From positions 1 to 64,000 of the forward strand of contig JALDZS010000050.1 in NCBI GenBank assembly GCA_022813965.1: a DNA stretch of 64,000 nt, written 5' to 3'. Position 1 is the stretch's first letter. Each line of letters opens with the position of its first letter. The translations under genes and the position numbers were made by a program. Origin of the DNA: Toensbergia leucococca (lineage: Eukaryota). Below the pieces are notes generated by a model. That model made no database searches. It saw nothing but the letters and a program-made list of their open reading frames with translations, and was not told the origin of the DNA. Shown in pieces: positions 27,589-37,156 of this stretch.

Positions 27589-28582
27589 ATGCAATCCAAA
27601 CACTTGAGGATACATCTATTACTCACCTTGATCGCCGTAGCTCACGCCCTTCCGCAGCAAAACCCAGCAGGACCCATTCTCTCCGAACTCTCCCAGTCCG
27701 GCAATTTCGCCATCTACGCCTGCGGCTCCCAAACCGATGCCATCAAAACATTGCTCGACCTAAGCTACCTCTACCTCCAAACCGCCATCTTATCTACCGA
27801 CAGCGCCGCCTACAAAGCCTTCTTCAAAGACACCCCGCCCAGCAACGTCACAGCTGTCTTGAATCGCATAGCTGAGGGCTCCTCCATCTTGACCGGCAAC
27901 CTCCTTAGGCGCCCCTGTATTATTTGCGTCACGCAGCAATACCCCGGCCTTGCAAACGCGTGGGATCGATGCAAAGCCAACCCCAACGTCGCCATCCTGC
28001 ACGAGCCAAACACAGCTTTGATGTACCTCTGTCCCGTAGCGATGACGATCCAGCCCAGCCCAGTATCGTCCATGTGTCCCGCTATCAATCCCTGGGGGAC
28101 GGGCTTCATGGGCGGGATTCCCATGACGAGGTATGCCGTTATTGTGGATACTTTGGCTTATATGTACATTCCGACCGCGCTGCCGGGAAAGACGGTGTTG
28201 CAGCCGCCAGTTATGGATGTGGGGAACTGTCTGGGGCTTGAGGCGGAGAAGGCGGTGCGCAACCCGCATAGTTATGGGCTTTATACTTCCTGTATGTTCC
28301 ATGACTTTCGACTACCCCACCACCCCTTCCTCTTCTCTCTAATCCAGATTTTGTTTTGGGGCCGAGACAGTTGGGAATGCGTGGACTGATTTTTTTTTGG
28401 GGCTAGATTTGAGAGCTGGCTGTACGCAATTCCCCACCAAAGTCCCTGCGGATCGCGATCGCGAGCTGATGGAGTCGACGGAACCGGTGGGGGCTGATGG
28501 GATCGAGATTGGGCCGGTGCTGTGTGTGGATGATCCGACCCTTATCAATCTGTATGCCAATACGCCTTCTTGTCCTACTTGA
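27589..28582 (+). CDS. Secreted cysteine-rich protein, possible M35/zincin-like fold lacking HEXXH (1 intron)
   Basis: Signal peptide (LLLTLIAVAHA-LP), AYKAFFK, MYLCP and AVRNPHSYGLY; intron GTATGT (~28292) to CTAG (~28407) gives ...RAGCTQFP. Confidence 0.7.
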
Positions 28583-29614
28583 TGATGAGAAAGGGCGCGT
28601 CATGGGAGCGAGGCATTCTTTTTTTGTTCGAGTTTTGCTGCTGTTATTTATTTATTTATTTATTTTTTGGCCTCTTCAGCACTTGGGGACTAGGAATGGG
28701 ACTTGGACTGGGGACTTGGGTATTCATGGAAATTTGCCAACGCTTGATTTGATGGTTTTTTTTCCTCTTTGGTGGGATTTTTGTTTTGTTGGGGTTTTTT
28801 GGGGGGTTTGAGGTTTTTGTGAGCAGAGAAAAGAAGAGGGCTTGAAAGCGGGGTTTTGAGCTTTTGATGTATATGAGCGGGCGTGTTCCTTTGAGGGTTT
28901 GTCTTTGTTTGCTTTGAGGGGCTTCTTGGTGGTTGGTGTGAATGGGTTGGGTGTGTTATAGTATTAGTTTCAAAATTGAGGGGGGTTTTTTTTTGTTTGG
29001 GCAGACGGGAGGTGTGTTTTGATCTGTGAGGAAAGGAAATTCTTTTCTGAATGTGAGGAGAAGGGTTTGAGTAGGTGCTTTTTTTGCTTTTCAGTCTGAC
29101 TCTCTTTTTTCTTTTTCTTTGCTTTTTGTCACTCACTGACCCGTTTTATTCTCTTTTATCCTGTGAATTGTTGCTGTTGAGTTGAAATGAGTATCTATCT
29201 TCTATCTTTTTTGTCTTCAAGAGAAGATCTAATAGATTCACTTACAGGTATTTGTACCAATTATCACATTTACTATCAACCTCTCTGATGCTCTCTTGAG
29301 TGAAGAGTCTGAGTCTTCACTCTTGACACAAACACCTTATCTTAACATGTGTATCTACCTACATAACTATCTATCTGAATCATGACTTTATCTCATACCT
29401 GCACAAGAAGATGAGATCTTTTAAGCAGTGACTGATGTTCTTTGTTGTAAAGAAGTGAGACTCATTGTCATTGACACTTATGATTATGAGATTGAGTTTG
29501 TGAGTAAAGATAAGGAATGAGTTAATGAAAGGTGAGGTGAAGATGTTAACACTTGATTCATCAACTCATCAATCATCACATCCCTTCTTTTCACATCACT
29601 CTCTCTCACTCTCT

Positions 29615-29730
29615 CACTCTTTCACTCTTTCACTCTTTCACTCTTTCACTCTTTCACTCTTTCACTCTTTCACTCTTTCACTCTTTCACTCTTTCACTCT
29701 TTCACTCTTTCACTCTTTCACTCTTTCACT
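29615..29730 (+). repeat. (CACTCTTT) x ~14.5 octanucleotide tandem repeat
   Basis: Directly visible perfect array. Confidence 0.95.
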
Positions 29731-29934
29731 CCCTCATTCCCCATTTCTCATTCACAACCTCACCTCACCTTTCTCAAATCTGTCATCTCACACCTTCTCT
29801 CTTCAACACACTCACACGCATCTCAAAACCCAACCCCATTCGCAAGCAATCAGTGAATCCCCCTTCAAAAAAAAATCCAAACTCACTCACTCACTCCCAT
29901 CCATCCATCCATCCCTCCCCATCCACATCAAACC

Positions 29935-31092
29935 ATGGCCTCACCACCCTCCCCCTTCCTCACTCTCACAAACTCTCTCACCCAACCCCACTTCAACACC
30001 AACGCCCACCTCCTTCACCTTCCCCCATCCACCCCCCAAAAAACCCCACCACCAAACCCCATCATCCCCACAAACAAACCCAGCATCAAAAAGGACGACA
30101 AGAACAGCAGCAGGGGGAGACCAGGCTTCAACTACCCCGCCCTACCCGCCGAGATCCGCGTGCTCATTCTCCGCCACCTCGTCGGCGCCGGCGAGGTCCA
30201 CCCGGCCCCAACCCGATGGATAGAACTCTATCTACTAGAATCAGATCCAGCATACGAGCGCGCGACGCAAAACGTGCACAACGGCGGCCTAACGCGCTAC
30301 ACACTCTCAGATCTGGAGACGATCCAAGGGCGTCACAAAGAGCTCTTCTTCGCAACGCAGCACCCTTTCCCCTCTTCTCAGCCACCACTACCATCACCAC
30401 CACCACTACCAACACCACCACAACACCACAAAACTCCAAGTCTCCAAATCCTAGCCACCAACCACGCGACCCACAACGACGCCGCCGCCATCTTCTACGC
30501 CGGAAACAGCTTCCACCTCCCCCCCGGCCCGCTGGAAAAAACCCTGCAATACCTCGACAACCTGACCCCCGAGCACATCTTCCTCCTGCGCTCCCTGACC
30601 CTGACCTTCAGCCTCGCGGACCTGACCCCCGCCTCCCTCATCCGCGTCGATCAGATCGTCAACGCTTCTTCTTCTTCCGTGCATCGTCATACGCACCACC
30701 GTGTGAGCGTCGAGGAGCAGGCGTGGCTGGATGCCATGTGCGACTACCTCGTCCGCATCTGGTGCAACAAGCTGGAGTGGATCTTGCAGTACGCACACGT
30801 TTACATGGTACGCTTGCGCGAAATTCGCGTCGTAGGTTGGGATCGGGCCGTCCTTGTTAGGGGCCGGTGTGTGAGTGGTCATCGTGAGAAGTGGCGGCCC
30901 GAGGATCAAATGTCGATGGGGGATTGTGCCGTCTTGATGGGGGATACGGTGGGTAGGATTCGTGACTGTGTGGCAAAGATGGCAAGGGAGAATAGCCTTG
31001 CACTTGCCAAGAGCTGGATTTTGGATCTTGCGCTGAGGCCGTTGGGTGAGGAGGGGATTTTTGCGGATGATGGGACTTTGGTTTGCTTTTGA
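29935..31092 (+). CDS. Intronless fungal hypothetical protein with F-box-like LPAEIR start (DUF7730/2EXR-like)
   Basis: 385-aa ORF: FNYPALPAEIRVLILRHLV, LQILATNH...AAAIFYAGNSFHL; paralogue at 55546-56528. Confidence 0.75.
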   Translation: MASPPSPFLTLTNSLTQPHFNTNAHLLHLPPSTPQKTPPPNPIIPTNKPSIKKDDKNSSRGRPGFNYPALPAEIRVLILRHLVGAGEVHPAPTRWIELYLLESDPAYERATQNVHNGGLTRYTLSDLETIQGRHKELFFATQHPFPSSQPPLPSPPPLPTPPQHHKTPSLQILATNHATHNDAAAIFYAGNSFHLPPGPLEKTLQYLDNLTPEHIFLLRSLTLTFSLADLTPASLIRVDQIVNASSSSVHRHTHHRVSVEEQAWLDAMCDYLVRIWCNKLEWILQYAHVYMVRLREIRVVGWDRAVLVRGRCVSGHREKWRPEDQMSMGDCAVLMGDTVGRIRDCVAKMARENSLALAKSWILDLALRPLGEEGIFADDGTLVCF

Positions 31093-31495
31093 TTTTTTTT
31101 GAGGGGTTAGGTCTGGGGGTGGTTGTTGCTGTTGATGGCATGGTTTGGGTTTCTGTGTCTGGAGATTTTTACTGGGGCTGTGGATAGGTGAAGAATTCTT
31201 TTGCGAGGATGAAGGGGTGGGTGGTTTGGGTGCGATAGATGTGTTGAGGCTGCTGATACATTGACATGCCCGTATCTGAAGAAGTTGTGTCTTCTTCTAG
31301 AGACAACATGTCTAGTTTTGAAGAAACATTGTCTCATTTTATATGAGAATGCTCTGCTGCAATAAGGCATGTTTTATTAGGAATAAAACATGTTTTCATC
31401 AGATGTCAACGTATCCAAAAGGGGTGTCAGTATATCAGTAGCCTTTACAAATTTGAATGAAATCTCACCTAGCTGGACTCTCGTTGAGTCGTCCA

Positions 31496-32573
31496 TCACT
31501 TCAGCTCAACCGTATCCGCAAATAACACGCCCATCGCACTCTCCGCATATCTCGTCCCATGCACATCAGCCTCTTCCACCATCTTCCTAACCTCCTTATC
31601 CTCCTCCTCAGTCAATTCAACATCCAACGCTCCGATATTCTCCTCCAGATACTTGATCTTCTTCGTCCCGGGAATGGGAATGATATCCTCTCCCTGCTTC
31701 ATCAACCAAGCCAAACACAATTGCCCAACGGTACAGCCCTTCTTTGACGCAACTTCCTTCATCTTGTCAACAAGCACCAAGTTCTTGGGGAAATTCTCTG
31801 CTGAATATCTTGGCACCGTGCGCCTGAAGTCGTTCTCTTCAAAGTCGTCGAGGGATTTGTACTGTCCGGTTATCATGCCTCGACCTAGCGGGCTGTAGGC
31901 AACTATCGCGACCCCAAGTGAGCGGCAGGTAGAGAGGAGGTTGGTTTTTGGAGATTCAATGTCTAGAGTGAAGGGGTTGTATTCAATTTGGACGGCGGCA
32001 ATGGGGTGAATTGCTTGTGCACGGCGGAGCGAGGTAGCTGAGCATTCGCTAAGGCCGAGGTGTTCGATTTTTCCTTGTCTGAAAAAGAAGTCTAAGTATG
32101 TTCCACTGCTCAAGGAGGATGAGTAATTACTTCTTCAATTCCACCATGGCCTTGATAGTCTTCTCAATAGGCGTCTTTGAATCCAGCCGATGACAATAAT
32201 ATAAATCAATCTTCTCGACCCCCAATCTCTTCAAACTCTTCTCGCAAGCCTCCTGCACGTAGGCAGCATCATTCCTGATTTCTCGTGTACCATCAGGCTT
32301 CATGATATTGGCGAATTTGGTGGCCAGGAATATGTCATTGCGTTTACCGGTCCGCTGAAACCATTTGCCAATCAGGTCTTCGCTGTCCATGTATACGTCA
32401 GCGCTGTCCCAGAACGTCTCACCGAGTTCGTAGGCGCGATCGAGGAATTTGAAACGTTGGTCGTCCGAGTCGGGCTTGCCGTAGAAGGCGGAGATACCCA
32501 TTGCTCCAAAGCCGAGGGCAGTAACTTGGGGCCCGTTTTTGCCTAGTTGGCGAGTGGGGAGTTTGGAGGACAT
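31496..32573 (-). CDS. Aldo-keto reductase (AKR13/YakC-like; 1 intron)
   Basis: LGFGAMGISAFYG, WDSADVY, FLATKF, DLYYCHR, AYSPLGRG, IPIPGT. Confidence 0.93.
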
Positions 32574-33344
32574 TTTGATTTTGGAGTGCAAATCTTGAAG
32601 AGACTTGGTGATGTGTGAGAGTATTGAGGAAGCGATTGAGATTTTAATTGAATTTATATTCAAGGCCGGGTGACATGACTCAAGAATGTGACGTCGCGAT
32701 GTGTAGAATAGGTATTTAGGCGGAGATAGCGGGATTAGCTAAATAAAACCATCCGGGCCGGCGGCTCAGTTGAGAAGCATCCTCAGACTCGTCCATTGTA
32801 CGGCATTGAGCCATGAGCATTGGCAAAGGTCAGGCCGTGAGGGCAGTGAGGGCGACGAGAACAATGTAGGCGGGAAGACGGATACAAGGAAAAGAGAAGA
32901 GAAGAGAAGAAAGTCCCTCGTCAATCCTTCACCTCTGTATCAATACACGTATTGATGGCTGATTATGATAGAATACCGAGTACGGAATCGAGGAGTTGCA
33001 GACTGCAGTCTTGTCACACAATCAATGACTTACCTTAGTGCCTACTCGTACCACCAATCAAAGGACCCGTACTATGCCTACCGACCGATTAGGACTAGAT
33101 AATCGTTGCTGAAGCCTTGCCAAGATGAAAGATGTGTGCTCCAACCTCAGCCTTGATCGCGAAGGGGTGAGCGCTGCTGTGCCGCTGCCTGAGGTGAGTA
33201 AGCTTGCCCATGTTTAAGGGTGTATTGGAGCGAGTGAAGTATTCTTTGTAGCATCAGAAACAAACCTTGGATGCGGACATACTCAGATGTTATTGAGACT
33301 TGATCACCAGAGTTTCGCGCGGTACATCTGTCATCCACACGGAC

Positions 33345-34262
33345 ATGGCGAGAGCTCATTACATAGTGAGGGTTGGAAATGCAGGACTTTCAACAAGAGT
33401 AAGCGCCATGGCCCCAAACCACTGGCACTATCTTTCTCCTCAGCACCTCTGGGGTTTTCCAAAAGACATGCAACATGTCAAAGTTCGCGCCAAGTTCGAG
33501 GCCGACATTGAGAACCCTCAAGTCACAGCGTACATCTGGTTCCTTTGCAACGGTCATGGCGGACCCGGTCATTTTGTTCAACTGGGTATCGGCAGGCGTC
33601 ATTTAGGACCAGGTCCGATAGGAAATGGAAACCTTCCTATTCCAGAGGATATGATGGCTCGTCTCCAGCAGGGATTTGATCACTGGTTTGAATGGCAGCC
33701 ACTTAGCCCAAATGCAGCCTTTCAAGATCAGCTTCGCCGGCTACCAATCCCTCATCCGCCTTTTATTCCAACCCTACGCCATGTGAAATCAGACCACCAA
33801 TCCTTTTCGCTCTTCCAAGAAACCGTCGACCGCGAGGAAAATAGAGCAGCCGATGCCGATGCAACAACAGCTTTACCCGTAGTACCTAACTCTCAAGTTA
33901 TTGATATCGGTACTACCCCTGCTGCTATTGAAGTTGATTTGGAAAATATCCGGCGTGAGAGGACCGAGCCCCATGCGCAAGGTTACATCTACCTGATTCA
34001 TATGGAAGGTACGACATTCTACAAAATAGGCATGAGCCTTGACCCCCAGATACGGTTGCGGACACTGCAGACGGGAAATCCGTATCCTCTACATATACTC
34101 AACATGCAGGCCGTTCCAGACATGCGAAGTGCGGAGACCAGGCTTCATCGACAATTCGATTTGAAGAGGGTTCCCAATCTCAACGCTAGAGAGTGGTTTG
34201 ATTTCAATGATGGCACTGGCGAAGTTGAAGTTGCGTTTGTGGTAAAGGCAAATTTTGAGTGA
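33345..34262 (+). CDS. Intronless protein with C-terminal T5orf172/MUG113 (GIY-YIG superfamily) domain
   Basis: GYIYLI...YKIGMS.DP..RLRTLQTGNPYPL...AETRLHRQF...REWF. Confidence 0.85.
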   Translation: MARAHYIVRVGNAGLSTRVSAMAPNHWHYLSPQHLWGFPKDMQHVKVRAKFEADIENPQVTAYIWFLCNGHGGPGHFVQLGIGRRHLGPGPIGNGNLPIPEDMMARLQQGFDHWFEWQPLSPNAAFQDQLRRLPIPHPPFIPTLRHVKSDHQSFSLFQETVDREENRAADADATTALPVVPNSQVIDIGTTPAAIEVDLENIRRERTEPHAQGYIYLIHMEGTTFYKIGMSLDPQIRLRTLQTGNPYPLHILNMQAVPDMRSAETRLHRQFDLKRVPNLNAREWFDFNDGTGEVEVAFVVKANFE

Positions 34263-35145
34263 GCTTCTTCAGCAATTGTTGGTGATGATTATGCTGTTTT
34301 GTCTTCTATGATGTGTACTATTGAAGTGTGAATACCTATACCCCCTTTAAGTCTTAGCACGAAAATCTTTGAATAAAGTGGCCATGACGGGGAGGAGATC
34401 TAATATCAACCTCGTTCCCTCAAAATCTACTGAAATTTCCAATCTATGTTCCTTTATGCTTTAGAGTTTGTAAAAGAATAGGTCATTATCTCAAAGCTTC
34501 AAAATCATGTACAAAGTTTCTTATCTCCTAAGGATTAGTAATGGATCCTGTCACCTACTCTACAAACCAAAGAACAAAGCTCAATTATGACCTCCTTCTT
34601 TCACATACGACCACAGACTGAGGGATATTGGGCATCCCGTTCGCTCTGCCATACACAAGACTCAGATCGGCTGCTTAGTAGTTGGTTCGGTGACGACCAG
34701 CGAATCCCAGCTGTGGTATGTTTTTTGGTTTTTGAATGGGAGGGTTGTCCATGGCTGAGGGCCTGTCAGATGTCTTAGATTCTGAGATGGAATACTGTTT
34801 TTCACATGTACAACATGACGACTTTGGTTCTTTTTCAACTTTACTCTTTAAGAACCTCTTTGAGTCTTGTATTGGGGGAACTCATAGACTGTAGGGGTGC
34901 AGCAACGAAGTATTGAAGAACACCACATAGTGGTTAAGAGGCTTGTCCTCTTGCGCATTTCGGAGGTTGATCAAAGTTACAGACTTCTGTAATGAAACCC
35001 CTTTTTAATTCTTTTTGATTACATACGTTGACCGACAGAGCCGTCAAATGCATTTATTCTCAGCTCTCCGCATTTCCCCACATATGCGAGTATACCAACT
35101 TCAACCCTCGATGTAGGAACGTCTGTGATACTTCCCTCCCCAGCA

Positions 35146-36584
35146 ATGGGTAAAAGGGCCCCAGCCTCCAAAGCCTACGTCCTTGGCGTAGGTTTGACCA
35201 AATTCATCAAACCACGGGGAAAAGTGGACTACACCGAACTCGGCTTCGAAGCTGGCATCAAAGCCCTCCTCGACGCCCAAATCAACTACGACGACGTTGA
35301 TCAAGGAATAGCATGCTACTGCTATGGCGATTCTACCTGTGGCCAACGCGTCTTCTATCAATTCGGCATGACCCAAATCCCCATCTTCAACGTCAACAAT
35401 AACTGCTCTACCGGCTCGACGGGCTTGCATCTAGCTCGGAATGCTGTGAGCTATGGCGTTGCCGATTGTGTCATGGTCGTTGGCTTTGAGAAGATGTTTG
35501 CCGGGAGCTTGCAGACTTTCTTCAAGGATAGAACAAATCCGACGGGGATTAACATGGAGATGATGATGGACACGGTGGGACTTGGAAATGCCTCTGGGGC
35601 GGCGCAGCTGTTTGGGAATGCAGGGAGGGAGTACATGGAGAAGTACGGCAATGATCAACCGATCGATCACAGCTTCCCCCTCACCAATTGACGTTTGCAA
35701 GATACGGAGCCACCGCCAACGACTTTGCCGAAATCGCTCGGGTCAATCACGCCCACTCGGCCAAAAACCCCTACTCCCAATTCCGCGACACCTATACGCT
35801 CGAACAAATACTCTCCTCCCCGACCATTCACTCTCCTCTCACTAAACTCCAATGCTGCCCTACCTCAGACGGCGGCGCCTCAGCAATAATAGTATCTGAG
35901 ACCTTCCTCTCCGCCCGCCCCCACCTCCGCTCCCAAGCAATCCTCATAGCCGGCCAAACTCTCTCCACAGACCCTCCGTCTCTCTTCGACCGCTCTGCTA
36001 TCTCCCTAATCGGCGCGTCCATGACCGCTCACGCTGCTAAAACCGCGCTCGCTGAAGCGAATATCTCCCCCAGCAGCATCCGGGTGTGCGAACTCCATGA
36101 CTGCTTCTCCACCAACGAGATGATTACTCTCGACGGGCTTGGATTATGTGAGCCGGGTAAAGCGCACGAGATGGTCCGCAATGGTGACATTACCTACGGC
36201 GGCCGCTGCGTCGTCAATCCCTCGGGCGGGCTCATCTCAAAGGGTCATCCCCTGGGCGCAAGCGGCATAGCGCAGTGTGCGGAACTGGTGTGGCAGCTAC
36301 GTGGCTGGGCAAATAATAGATTGGTCGAGGGTACAGGTGCGGCGTTGCAGCATAATCTCGGACTGGGCGGGGCGGTAGTGGTGACTGTTTACAAGCGGGC
36401 TGATGGGGGCGTGAATAAGAGGGTTGAGGACGAGGAGGTCAAGAGAGTGGGGGGGATAGGGTATAATCCTGCCGTTGAGGCCAAAGGGTTTACTCAGGAA
36501 CAGGTTGATCGGGTGAGGAGTCGGGTGGCGAGAAGTCAGTGGGCGCTGGGAGATACGGAGGGAAAGGTTCGGGCGAGATTTTGA
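35146..36584 (+). CDS. SCP-x type (non-specific lipid-transfer protein) thiolase (1 intron)
   Basis: NVNNNCSTGSTG catalytic Cys, QCCPTSDGG, ELHDCFS, NPSGGLISKGHPLGASG, LQHNLGLGG. Confidence 0.93.
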
Positions 36585-37156
36585 GGTTGGAATTTCGTGG
36601 GGATGGGCTTGGATGGGGTTATCTGTTGACTGGCATTTGGCTGAATTGTGCAGTCGACACATGTATCGTAAGGGAAGATGTAAGAATGGTGAGTATAAAG
36701 GGGGAGTAGGTAGGTAAGGGAATTCATATCACAATTAGTAATCTTATAAACCCAAAAGTCCCCACCGTCCTAAATTCATGATTTAGCACCATACTTTGTA
36801 AGGTCAGTCATGCCCTTATGAAGTCAGTCATAACTTATGTCAGATAATACAGTAGATAGATTCTGTTTTATGATAGAGAAATACAGAATAGATTGACACA
36901 CATCTGCTTGCGAATTTAGACATATTGAGGAAAGGTCTTTATTGGACAATAACTTGTCCCTTTACTGTTTTGTATAGCTATTTGACCCCCACCTTTTTCT
37001 ACAACTACCCAGAACAAAGCCACTCTCATTCAAACCCCCATCCTCAACCAATCAACCAAACCCGCCATACATAGCAGACAAAACAAAAAGGCCACAAACA
37101 AACCTAACACAAATGCCGCTTCAACAACAACAACAACAACAACGCCGCCAAAAAAC

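Noticed and set aside
29144..29560. Canonical RIP-mutated transposon
   Set aside because: CpA/TpG are abundant rather than depleted, and no transposase/RT remnants or terminal repeats are visible.
29525..30860. Long overlapping ORFs of 232 and 435 aa
   Set aside because: They result from the octamer repeat and G-poor composition (few stops); only 29935-31092 has a paralogue-supported frame.
32755..32860. tRNA-like start GGGCCGGCGGCTCAGTTG
   Set aside because: No T-loop/B-box and no acceptor stem downstream.
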